Source: Podarcis liolepis (lineage: Eukaryota). Taken from it: a stretch of 64,000 nucleotides of DNA. The notes under the pieces were generated by a model, which worked only from the letters and a program-made list of their open reading frames with translations, did not search any database and had not been told where the DNA came from. The DNA lies in NCBI GenBank assembly GCA_965112155.1, contig OZ218098.1. One strand, 5' to 3'. Position 1 is the first letter of the stretch. Each line of letters opens with the position of its first letter. A program made the translations under genes and the position numbers. Positions 23,711-36,380 of the stretch are shown in pieces.

Positions 23711-24186
23711 ATAAATAATAATAATAATAATAATAAATTTTATTTATATTATATATAAATTATATTAAATAAATTTTATTTATATTTATATCCCGCCCTC
23801 CCCAGCCGAAGCCGGGCTCAGGGCGGCTAACAACACTAAAATAGTGCAACATTATAAAAACATCAAAGAATTAATTAAAATCAAAATTGATGGCAACCAT
23901 AAACTAAAGTATTGTAAAGATTGCCAAAGGAGGGAGTCAGGCTGCGCCCTGACCAAAGGCCTGGTGGAACAGCTCTGTCTTGCAGGCCCTGCGGAAAGAT
24001 GTCAAGTCCTGGAGGGCCCTTGTCTCTTGTGACAGAGCGTTCCACCAGGTTGGAGCCACAGCCGAAAAAGCCCTGGCTCTAGTTGAGGCCAGCCTAACCT
24101 CTCTGAGGCCTGGGACCTTCAAGATGTTTTTATTTGAAGACCGTAAGTTCCTCTGTGGGGCATACCAGGAGAGGCGGTCCCGTAGA
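23711..24186 (-). mobile_element. L2 LINE 3' fragment, young
   Basis: RAFSAVAPTWWNAL...FRRACKTELF ORF2 end and (AAT)n tail. Confidence 0.85.
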
Positions 24187-24262
24187 TATAGCATGCTTTG
24201 GAAGATTCCAAACATATAAACTGATTTCAGAAAAAAGTCACCTAATAAATTCATGTTTCTCT

Positions 24263-24410
24263 GAGCCCATAGCTCCGTCAGTCCAGCAGGAGACTCTCAA
24301 TCTCAGGGCCACGGGTTCAAGCCCCAGGTTGGGCAAAAAGATTCCTGAACTGCAGGGGGTTGAACTAGATGACCCTCATTGTCCCTTCCAACTCTGTGAT
24401 TCTATGAATC
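24263..24410 (+). mobile_element. SINE with tRNA-derived head and CR1-like 3' tail
   Basis: TAGCTC...GGTTCAAGCCCC head followed by CCCTTCCAACTCTGTGATTCTATGA, as in the CR1 3' end. Confidence 0.75.
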
Positions 24411-26566
24411 TTAAAATAACTAAAGCTGACTGTGCTTAAATCAGCAGAATGGTGCTGCTGATTCAGAACAAGTCATAATGTAATCAGAAAACATAACTTC
24501 AACCTCTTAAGCAAGTGACAGTTTGGACTTCTTTTGGCACCATGCATTCATGGATAATCTGTTGAGATAATATACTTTCTTGGCTAAAAGTCATTTGTAT
24601 GATCTTCCACATAAAATATTGATTCAATGGGAAAGATTGCACTGAGGTGTTAAATAGTTTTCTGAGACACTGAAATCAAACACCTACCAGTATTGAACTA
24701 TGATCCAATTCACCACCCTTTTTTACTGGGATTAAGAGACACTAAAACACCTAATTACCACTGCTCTGTTTTGGGAATAAAAATACTGTCTGCCTTTGAA
24801 TCTTTCATGTTTTATCATAAAAATAAGTTATGCCAAGTATTACTATTTTTTAAAAGCAACTGTTCACTTTTACAATATATGTGCATCAGAATCCTGAAAT
24901 GAGATTTAAAGCAAGCTGGGCAGGCTGAGAGGCTAAGTGGCAGAAGGTATGTGGAGAGGAATGGATGACCCTGTTCCCCTCGAGTTCCTTTTTCAGCTCA
25001 TCACCACCACCCTTCACCAAGCCACAAAGGAAAAGGAAAATGACATGGTGGCTGATAAGGTAGCAGACTGAGAAGGACTATTTTAAGTTGGAACAGACCT
25101 GCCCTGCTCCTGCTCCTGAGTAGGCTGGTAAAGTGCTGATCTACTGACTTATTCAAAGCACAAATTAAAATATTACAGTAAGCTCTCAGGATATATATTC
25201 AAATATTTACAATGATGATGTTGGACAGCTTAAAGGGACAAGCAAGGATTTCTCATTCATCTGGTTTTACAGCCACTGTGGAGGCTTTGGTTTTGTTAAA
25301 TCCCATGATATACTTTAAAATATACAAAATTGTGTTATATAGACTGCCAAAGATGAAGGTGGGGGGAAACCCTTTAACTTTCCTAAGTGCTTAGGATATG
25401 AAGAATAAGATATGCATAAAATATAGAACTATTATGCAGTGAAGTGTCAATGCTACTGAATGTGCTTAATAACTGAATGAACACCATCTGAAATAAGAAC
25501 TGCTACATATAATGACCACTGCATCTCTTATTCCAATACAACATCCCTGAATTGCTATTCTAAGCAGACATGGAACCAATGGACTATAAGCTCACTGAGA
25601 ACAGCCATTAACCCTTATTGAAGTTCTAAATACAAACTACAGGGGATGTGTAGCTGATACATACCCAAGTTTCCATCCTGCCTCTTCCTGTTAACCTCCA
25701 GAAAAGAGAGTCAGGTTATGACATCATCTTGATAAGTGTTTCCTGCCCGCGGGGAGCAGCAGCGATACAGAAGCACTCGGTACTTTTACACTAGAGTTTC
25801 TTTTACTCGACATTACCAAGAGACAAGTGAGGAAAATGCAGGTTGGCAGGTCACACATTTCTTATAACATTTATGTGGGTCCTTATTCATTTGCTTGGAC
25901 AACTTCCATATTTTGCTCAATAATGCAACTTTACCTATTTCTTTCTTCTGAAAAAGCGAGACAGATAAGGAAGCCAATTAATACATATAGAGAGGTGCTA
26001 TCCTTCTGGTGCACCTGGTGGAGTTTTGCTTTTCAGTCACTAATTAATCATGTTTTATCTTGTAAGCCTTTGTGTAAATTGAAAGAAAGTTAGTTTCAAC
26101 ATTATTGCAAGTTCTCAAGTGGTTTTGATTGTTTATCTTGGAATGGCTCTTCAGAATTGAGAACAGGGAAGCGAGGTCCCAATGGGTCACATTAATAAAA
26201 TGAATCAAGTAATTTACAAAATCCAAGTCAGCCTGTACTATTTTGTATATAAAGTAACCCTTAAAATAAAACTATCTATGCAATGTTAAAGAACTCCTGT
26301 AGGAATTTTAGACAAATTCTACAGAATGAACTGGTTGCATGCCAACATCGGGGGGGGGGGGGGAGGTGAGTAGAGCCTATCACCACACAAATGTCTTATG
26401 GATCTTTGGGATTTATAGTTTTGAATTATGACTTGCTAAGAGAATGTGCTGTCTGAGTCATCCACAAAATCCAGTCCTTCTGCTGACCTCTGGTGTTTAG
26501 TTGAATTCATAACACATTAGCTATTCTGTATGCACAAAAAACAAAATGAAAGCTGAGACCTAGAAG

Positions 26567-27213
26567 CAGAGCTGTCTTTAGCATTGCGCCGCCGGGGTGC
26601 AAAGATCCGCCCAGCGCCCCCAAATTTAGTTTAGCCCCCAAATTAACTTTTATGCTGCTTATGTCAGACACCACGCTTATGCCTTATCTCTTGTTTGCGA
26701 AAGAAGGGAGGAAAAAGAAAGAAACTTTATTGGCTCATTTATTTACAATACATTTACACTTAAGTATACGGCATGCTCTGTGGTGGCCGCTAAAGGGAGC
26801 ATGTCGTGAGAAACCCAAAGCTGCTGCTGCTGCTGCTGCTTCCCCCTCCTTCCCACCGCCCACCATCTCCCGCACACGCAGCCAGCCGGGCCTCGCACTC
26901 TCTCTGCAGCTTCGTCAAGTTGTTGCTAAGGCTATGATGACCTCCATTCCGGCACCAAGAGGGTGCCACATGATGCGCCCAGTGATGGCTGCTTGGCAGG
27001 GAGCGGGGTGGTGGCAGCAACCCTGCGGCACCGGGGCACGCTTCCCTGCGCCACCACCTCAGGCGTGCCAAAGGCTGCCTCAATCCTCCGCTTGCTCGCT
27101 TGCTCCTCTGTCCTCTCACCTTAGGTGGCTTCAGCAGCGGGCACCTGGCACACCCCAGAATTCGGCGCCCAGGTGCCCCGCACCCCTTGCAACCCCGGGT
27201 AAAGACGGCCCTG
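26567..27213. mobile_element. Non-autonomous hAT element
   Basis: TIR CAGAGCTGTCTTTA / TAAAGACGGCCCTG; 8-bp TSD CCTAGAAG / CCTATAAG. Confidence 0.85.
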
Positions 27214-27557
27214 CCTATAAGATCACTTAAATATTGTGTGGGCCATACAACAACCAAGTGTTGTTAGTCATAGCCCTTCACGTCACATGCTTGGAGACAA
27301 ATAAGAGCCCACAAGAAGGGCCTACTAGGAGCAGAATCCTAGAAACATGAGGCAGGGAGAGGCTAATTTCAAAGGACTAAGCACTCCCACATGCCTTGCC
27401 CCACTCCTACCTGCCTAGAATCACCATTGGGCATACTTTAAAAGTGGCTCTTCAGGTATAGCTGAATGTAATAATGCAAACTACAGGCTGCCCAGTTAGC
27501 GAAAATTGAATGTGGTTAATATAAAATGTTAAGAGTGTCCAGTAAATAAATGTTATA

Positions 27558-27726
27558 CCGTATTTTTTGCTCTATAACACACACCCGACCATAACACGCA
27601 TGTAGTTTTTAGAGGAGGGAAATCCGTAGGCATGCCACCCGTAGGCATTCCCTCCATAACACGCACAGACATTTCCCCTTACTTTCTAGGAGGAAAAAAG
27701 TGAGTGTTGTGGTGCAAAAAATACGG
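27558..27726. mobile_element. Tc1/mariner-pogo MITE
   Basis: TIR CCGTATTTTTTGC / GCAAAAAATACGG with TA TSD. Confidence 0.88.
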
Positions 27727-27859
27727 TAATTTGTTTTCATATAATATACTAATAATGCTCCTAAATCCCAGCAAACAACAGCAGAGTTTTTAGAATTTGA
27801 AGCTCATTTATATTCCAAATAGGCTTGGACAACATATTTATTCCCACTGAGTTGCATCT

Positions 27860-28186
27860 TTATTATTATTATTATTATTAATCTGGCTGAGTTTCCCCAG
27901 TCACTCTGGGCGGCTCCCAATCAAATGTTAAAAACAGTACAGCAGTAAATATTAAAAGGGCTGCCTTCAGATGTCTTTTAAAGATAGGATAGCTGCTTAT
28001 TTCCTTCACATCTGAAGGGAGGGCGTTCCACAGGGTGGGTGCCACTACCGAGAAGGCCCTCTGCCTGGTTCCCTGTAACCTCACTTCTCGCAGTGAGGGA
28101 ACTGCCAGAAGGCCCTCGGCACTGGATCTCAGTGAACGATGGGGGTGGAGACACTCCTTTAGGTATACAGGACCGAGGCCGTTTAG
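27860..28186 (-). mobile_element. L2 LINE 3' fragment
   Basis: RAFSVVAPTLWNALP...KRHLKAAL and (TTA)n tail. Confidence 0.85.
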
Positions 28187-30631
28187 ATCAACCATCTTCT
28201 AATATTGCATTTGCTAGCAATCTTCATTAAAAAGCACATTCCCAAAGGACAAGCCTTTAAACATGCACATGTTAAAATGTGGCTATTGGCAGAGCTGCAT
28301 TGTAATATACTAAGTAATATATAAAGTACTTTAGGAGCTCAGTGAAAAGTTTTGAAAATGTAAACTAGATATATAGATGATGAAGTGTGGGATACAATAC
28401 TCGTGCCATGCAACAGCAACTAAATCTCCTAAATTATTATTAGTATTTCTTTAGCAACTACTTTTAACTTGTGGGGGCTGCTCTTCTATGAACTCCACAT
28501 TTCATTCAAAAAACACAAAATAGCACTCTAGCACAGGAAATAGCATTAGGTTGGACCCCAGTGCTGAAAATTCTTCACCTCTAATACATGGGGAAACAAT
28601 AGTAGTTTGCATTTACAATTTATCAGTCATGCTTGTTGAAGTCTTTACATTATGTTCTTTGCTTTTTCTTTAAATGCAAGAACTCTTCCTTGTAACATGA
28701 ATAACAGATGTCTCAAAAATAAATAAGAGAGATGATAGCTATTTTAAGTTTTCTTAATTAAAAGTAATTCTGTGGGGAAAGGTAAAACAGAATTCTGTGG
28801 AGAAGGTAAAACAGAATGAACTGAGATGTAAAATTCACTTCTAAAGAATCAATTCAGTACAAAATTGTTCAGACACATTAACTAATCTAAATGAACTGAA
28901 AAGCATCCAGTTACATAACTCATTATAAGTTACAATGAAACAATTTAGATTGGGTCCCCTTATTATTCACTACCTGACATCTTTAATGGGTCCTGAATAT
29001 TTTAATAGGTAAATGGACAACCCTTTAAGTTGATGCATGGTACATTTGCCCATTTAGATAACGTAATTCACTTGTATGGTATACACTTCCGCCAAATGAT
29101 TATAAATACATTGGAAGTAGGTAAAGTAGATAAGACTTAATGGAAGAACTAATTTATTTCAGCTGTAGTCTTCTGCAACATTTTTGAGTCTCCATTGTCT
29201 CCCAAGGATTGTCATTTCATTGACCTAAAGTACCTAAAAGTCAATGAAACAATGCCAGACAAATGGTTCTATGGCTGCAGCTCAAAGTGACAGACAGCAA
29301 TATTTAGAATGGAATGCCAATTTGTTCAGCAGATACCATTTTCTAGTAGTATATGTGTCACTGACTTACTCTTCTACTCCTGGAATTTCACTAAGTGGTG
29401 ACAGAGTTAAAAGTTGTGGTTGCTGAACAGTAAGGTTTGGGGAAACGGCCAGAGAACTGGATACCAAGGGAGGGAAAAGAAGGCATCACAGCAAAGTAGG
29501 CAAGGAATTGAAAGAAACAGGGCATATGGGGGAAGTGTCCCCAGACAGGAACATGAGTAATGGAGAGCACAATTCCCAAAGCAGGAGGGTATGATGTTGA
29601 AATGCAAACACTTTCACACACTTGACGTAACTATTTTAAGTCTTAAATAGACGAAGCCACTAAACATTTGCACTTCTATAGGAGATTTATGCCACCTGTT
29701 ATTTCTTATAGCAGTAGATAGCTTTTATCTCTTTAGTTTAGAAGTATGAATATACTAGGATAAAAATTAATGCTGCCATGCATCCAATAATTTTGTGTCT
29801 CTCCAGTCATCTCTTTTCTTGCAATAAAAGAAAGCTTTGCTTAAGTCTGGTGTGGATCTACATTCTTGGGTTACTGAAACAATACTCAGGCTCTGTCCCA
29901 AAACAGTGCTCAGTTCATCTGTCAGAAAATATCTCGCTTCTCTCTAGGGGTGTATGTGTTTGGGACAAGATGTATGTGGCAGGTACACACACACAAACAA
30001 GTTCCAATCAGACACCCATAACAGGAGACATACAAAACATCAGGCTATACTAAAAAAAAACAAAAACAAAAACCAACAATTGTCACCATGGGGTAATAGT
30101 TTGAGACATAAAACAGGGATGATAGAGGTATCTAAAAGATAATAAGGCCACTTCACATGGTTTATGTATGAAAGGAGGCTCGTGAGATCAAGCATCAGCA
30201 GTGGTGCAAAGCTTCCTCGTCTCTGCCCTCAATGTCTACATAATAAGCAAGGACACCTGAAGGAAGAAAACCGAGGCACCATAGGCTTCTTCAGGAGCTG
30301 AAATCATGTATTGTGTTTCAACTCCTGGTTAACTACATGCATGAGCTTTACATACAATTGAGATGTTTACACCCAACATATGGACATGAAAGATATGGCC
30401 AGGAGAATCCTGGCAACCTCACAGAAAGGGCCAAGACTGCAGCCCCACTACCCCTTTGATTATGTGCAGGTGGCTATACTCGGTCAATTAAATGCCTGAG
30501 TTCTAAATATCTCCAGGGTTAGGTGGAGTAAGTCTCTATAGGCAACAGATTCCAGGATATGAGTCTATGAAACCTCTTCTCTGGATATATCTTCATTTCA
30601 CTTTGCCCACTGAAATGTCCCTGCTTAACAC

Positions 30632-30836
30632 CAGAGGCGGAGTTAGCTGGTCTGACACCTGGAGCAACCCGCGGGGATGTGGCTAGCCGCCCGTGGGGGT
30701 GTGCCAGCGGCGAGGAGCATTCTAGGGGGTGCGCCAGCGGCAGAGAGCGTCCCAGGGGCAGCGCCACCCACGGCGATGTCACCCCCCCCCAGGGATGACC
30801 CCTGAGGCGGACCGCCCCCACCTTTCTCCGCCTCTG
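30632..30836. mobile_element. GC-rich hAT MITE
   Basis: TIR CAGAGGCGGAG / CTCCGCCTCTG; degenerate 8-bp TSD CTTAACAC / CTTCAGAC. Confidence 0.8.
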
Positions 30837-32660
30837 CTTCAGACTCTAAGCAAAGCTCCCACCCACCTCGTTCCAAATTTCAACTAGAGGAAATGCTATT
30901 ATTGAAACATATAGTCTCTAAAATAATCTAGCTGCATAGGGCTTTAGAAGTTAAAACCAGTACCTTGAATTGGACATAAAACCAACATGCATAGACAGCT
31001 ATTATCATGTTGGTAATAGAGTGGATTATAGCAACTAAGCCAAGGCATCGCAGAGTCTGAGGATACTTCTCATATCCTTTGAGGTAAAGACACAGCTGGT
31101 CAACTACCGGTAGGTAACTATCTGGGTCATGATGTCTGCTTCATGGAAAATGAGAGATCCAAAAACCATCCTTGACTTCACGCCTCTTTTACTGCGTGCA
31201 GTGGGGTTGCCTGGTACATTCCCACTCACCAACCAGCATAACCACTAGTGTCTCTGAATTTTACCTCAGCTAGTCAACCAGGACTTCCAAGCATATCTTT
31301 ATTTTGTACTAAATTTAGTCATCAACTCATATAAAATCATAAACATAATCTACCAATATAGAATGAATTATCTTTAGTTATTTGTTTGCTTGTTTTTAAA
31401 TTGCCAGCCAAAAATTATAAGAATTCAATTGGTATTATGAGCAACTTTAAAGTAGGATGTATATTAGTCTATTTTACAGACATGGTGCACATAGAATCGT
31501 GTGTGCAGGTTTTGGTTTCATTTCACTGCTGAAGCTACCCTGGCTGCAAATAGCCTGGAGAGAGATAGAAAACGGTGGTTTCTGTGCTGCAGTCCATTAA
31601 CTTGCATGATTAAGAATATGCAAACCACGAAGATGCTCACAACCTTGTAAAGACTTTGACCAGAGCAAGACTTCTAAAATCAAGTGCTGACACATGGATA
31701 CACATGGTAGATTAGAAATGGCAAGCATTATCTATCTAGCTGTGGTTAAACGTTTAATTTACATTTACTAAATCTATTTTTGAATAGGGTACACGTGTAG
31801 TGCAATCCTATTCACGAGTAAGGGCTGGTAAATTCAAGGGCCCTTCCTCCCACGTAAATATGTATAGAATTGCAGCTCTAAAAGCAAATGGAGTACCCTG
31901 GGGGAAGTAGCTGTTGCTTGTAGTCATTTACATATTCTAAAACGTCTACTGAGACTCACTTAGCCTCTGGCAATTTGCAAAACCGAAAAGTAAAAAGATG
32001 GGGGAGGGGAAACACAAATCATACAGCATTAAGCATCCATTCCTCTTAAGAGTTAAAACCAGCAGCAGAACAGACTATGTGAGAGGAAACTACTGCAAGG
32101 AAGGTCTGGTTTGATTTTGCAGTTCACAAACAGCTCTAATTCACTCTGCTCTCAGCCTTTAAAGGAGCTCTGTCAATACAAAAAATTGCCTTCTTATGGC
32201 AAAAAGTTTTCTGTTCCTGATGTATTTCTATGAAACATTCTTTGTCAAAAGCATCGCTAAATAACCCAGGTCCATCCTGGATTCCTCTGTGAACATGAAG
32301 CTGCCTGTTTACTATTCAGTTTAAGCCTTTATGCTATTTCTATTTACTAGGAAATATCCTACTGATTAGCATGTACAAAAGACCCTCAACTGAGCCTCGA
32401 CCATGTTACTAGAAGAAAAGAAGAAAAAGAAAAAACAATGTTTTTTCCAATACTTTCCTGGCTTAGTCATACAAGGCAAACATTACAACCCCAAAATTCT
32501 TCTACAGCTTAGATTTTAAGATAACAAGTTTTAAGAAGGAGAGTTATCTTCCAGCTTTAATTTATTGTTAAAATATGCTTTAAAAAGTATCTATGTCTTT
32601 TAAAAGTGGCAAGCTCTGACACCCATACAAGGAATATGTGGCATCCACATATGTGGCGTT

Positions 32661-32990
32661 TCCACCCCCATCATTCTGCCCGGACACTGAGGTCCAGCTC
32701 CGAGGGCCTTCTGGCGGTTCCCTCACTGCGAGAAGCCAAGTTACAGGGAACCAGGCAGAAGGACTTCTTGGTCGTGGCGCCCGCCCTATGGAACGCCCTC
32801 TCACCAGATGTCAAAGACAACAACTACCAGACTTTCAGAAGACATCTGAAGGCAGCCCTGTTTAGGGAAGCTTTTAATGTTTGATGTATTACTGTATTTT
32901 AATATTTGGTTGGAAGCCACCCAGAGTGGTTGGGGAAGCCCAGCCTGATGGGCGGGGTATAAATAAATGATGATGATGATGATGATGATG
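32661..32990 (+). mobile_element. L2 LINE 3' fragment with (TGA)n tail
   Basis: VVAPALWNAL...FRRHLKAALFREAF. Confidence 0.85.
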
Positions 32991-34879
32991 TATGGCAGAT
33001 TCCTAATTCAAAAAGGTTGATAAATTATCCACAAGATGAATAAAAAAATTCTCTCACTTACTTTCCTAGGATGCTTAGACCATTCAAGCCATAATCGCTA
33101 GGGAGATTATTCAAAGGTTTAAGAATGACATTCTCAAGATGACAAACTAGAAAAGCATTCTATTGGGAAATATCCAGCAGGTGAAATGTGCTCAAGAAAA
33201 TTAGTTTCAGGCAAACCCAAAGGAATTCGCTTGCTTCCTGTTTAGGTTGTGTTTGTTGTTCTGTCATTTTTTTAAAGTTGACATTCCTAAGCTGGAGAAT
33301 ACGGTCTTGTAATCACACAAGTGTTTGGTCAACCTGTGGGACTTCTAAAATCTATATTTCTTCCACATTCTGGTATTTCTGCATAACAACTAAGAATACT
33401 ATAAATAGAAATAACCTCTTACTTAAAATAAAATGTGGGATCAGAAGAGACGCACACATACAGGTGAGACTGCAAACACAGCTAGAGCTTTGTGATCCCA
33501 GTCACACTACCTCCCCAGCCTATCCCCTGGCTCTCATTCTATGGTGAAGTGAGAGAGTACAAACACAAGTGGACAACAGTCTGAGATTTAAAAATAGCCA
33601 CAAGTTTATTGATTAGAGGTGTAGGTGGAATATTGGCTCAGGCATTGGGTGTATATCCATTCCAACCTCCTACTGGAGGGATAGAACTGCCTCAGGGTCA
33701 TGCCACGGATTATGGCCTCCCCAAGACATCGATCTACTGAGGTGGCCATCCTAAGGCCACCACTGGAAGCCCTGTGGACCAACTGCACCACACAAACTTC
33801 TGGATACGGACACCCATTGAGACCTCTTTAACGGGGAACCCTGAAAACACCGCTGATTCCATACTGGGTGATACAACACTTCACCCAACGCTCAAAGACT
33901 AGGAGTCCACCCAATGCCTTAACCACCCTTAGTTGTGACATTTTGCCATGGGGAAGGCAAAACCTCCTGGCTCCAAATACAGCAACCACTAGTAGCCATA
34001 GCAAGGTCAAGAGGTAAGAAAAAACAACAAGCTGAAACAACCCAGGAAAGAAAAGCAATGATAATGTGGAACCTGAAAAGGAAAATAATATTAGCAATGT
34101 GATAAGAATTTACTTGAATTAAACAATCCTGGACCAAAGCCTCAAGCTCTGAGTAGTCCAAGAGGCTTTTATATCTTTTCACCACCACCCCACCAGCCCA
34201 CTATCAAAGAGAGAATCCTAGAGGGCAGCAAGCAAAGACCACCTAAAACCCTGTGCTTAAATACGTTAATATTGGTTACTGTGTTCTTAACATGTGTAAT
34301 TGAATGCTACTTGCAAGTTGCCTTAACAGGATTTCTATCTGGATAGGCAAGATATAATTATAATAAATAAAAATTTTAAAAAATCATGAAACACATAAGA
34401 AGCTTTGTGGTACATACCAGGGAAACCTAGGTTTCATGCAAGAATGAAATGCTTCCCTCCTCACCCCAGCAAATACAGACAATATCAGACTAGTGATTGC
34501 TTTAAAAATACATTATGATTTGAAAATGTGAAGCAAATTTCAGCAATCAAGGACAGGTTTATTTGAGAAGGACAAACCAATTCTCCCCATGCACTGATGC
34601 TGCCTAGTCTGGTGAATGGAAAATTGGCATCTAAGCTGTGAGACATTTGTTTTGTATAAAGTAACTAACAAATGCAATAAATAATTTCAATTTTAGAGTT
34701 TCAGCAAAAAGATGGCTGATTCGCACTACTATTCCAAACTGACCAAATTCCTTTTTTGAACATTTACGGTAGTTATTTTCAAACTGTGGCAGCATCAACT
34801 ATATTGGACTTTTAAATTTAGAAAAACACACACTACATTACAGAGTTTTAGTGGGAAATGCATGATGTGGAAAGAGATT

Positions 34880-35260
34880 TTGCTCTCTCCTATATTAATG
34901 GAAATAAAGATCATCCAGTTCAATTGTTTGCAGTAGATTTAGGAAAGACAAAACAAGACACTTTCTCAACAAGGCAGAATTACTTCATGGAATCCACTGT
35001 TACAAGATCTAGTAATGGTCGCTAGCTCAGATGGCTTTAAGAGGGTACTGGACAAATCATAGAGGAGAGGGTTATGAGCAGTTATTAACCATGGAAAACA
35101 ACTGGAGTCTCCCTATTCAGAGGCAAAATACTACTAAATACCTATTGCTAGGGGTAAAAAATGTGAAAGGCTTATGGAGTTTTCTTGATGTCCTGACATC
35201 CTGTTAACCACTGTGGAGAAATAGTTTGCTGCACTAGGTGGACTTCATTATGGTCAGCTA
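34880..35260 (+). mobile_element. Old CR1 3' fragment
   Basis: Degenerate AGATTTAGGA..GACAAAA, TGGAATCCACTG and GGACAAAT CR1 ORF2-end/3'UTR blocks. Confidence 0.55.
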
Positions 35261-36380
35261 TATAAAATCATTTCATAAATGAAAACAATAAATTAATGAA
35301 CCTTCAGTCTAATGACGCATCAAGGTTGTTCTTAGGGTTTTAATTTAATCTAAATTGTTTGTTTGTTAGCACTATTTCACATAAAAGAAACATTTCAATA
35401 AAATTATATCACCACACAACTTTAAGTAACTGCTCCAATGTTATGTGACATAGCATCAATAAATGAACATGCTTCCAGAGTTCCTGGGAAAAGCTTATAC
35501 GAGCTGAAGTAAAATGGAAACATGTGCTACTCCAGGAATTCACTGCCAACATTTAACATGAAATGTAAGCAGAAATGTAAAATAAAATATAGAAGGGAAG
35601 GACTCTAAACTCGCAAACACTGATTTTCTGACAGATAAAAAAGATCAGAGGAGAAATAAATTATTTTGTGGTCTTTAAAAAGTATATATTATCCTGCTGT
35701 CCAGGGAGTCACTTGGAATAACAAAAGGTGTCATATATTTTATTGTTACGTCTTTACTGCAAGAGGTAACAATGCAATCCCACATTATTAAGTCACTCCG
35801 GGCAGATATACACACACTTCAACTGTCTTCTTACATGAAAACACATTGATATATTCATAGAATTGCAAAGAATGATCCTGTGAATTCAAAATGCAATTAT
35901 ATATCAGCTATCGTGCTGCTTAGAGGCACAGCATCTTGAAAATCTGTAGGACTTTCTGATCTGTAGAAACAGTGTTTTAAAGGAAAAACAAGTATCTGCA
36001 TTTTAGTGCTTTGTTAAACCTAACTGTAAAAATTCTAACTCAGTATAACAAAACATCTGACAGGTTCTTTATAGCAAACTGCATTTCTTGAATTAAACTT
36101 TTGCTTACCTTTGAGGCAAAATTCTAATAGTTAAGGTTTTAATAAGCTCAAAAAGAGTGGATAAATCAAAGTTCCCAGACCCTGATTCTACCTGAAGGCT
36201 GAGAAACTTAAATACACCAGGGTCTCAAAGATGCTGAATCTGACTTCCCCACAAAATGGCATCTTTTTGTGCATAGAAGTGTTGAGAGCTGAGACAAGGA
36301 AGTCAAGAAAGCCAAGGTTATGTTAATTTAGTAACCCTTACTGATGCCCTGCACCCAGGAGAATTGAGATAACTATTTGT

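Noticed and set aside
26652-27257. 192-aa and 155-aa overlapping ORFs
   Set aside because: GC-rich interior of a hAT MITE; no domain features.
28766-28814. 25/24-bp tandem duplication
   Set aside because: Ordinary slippage duplication with only two units; not a CRISPR-like array.
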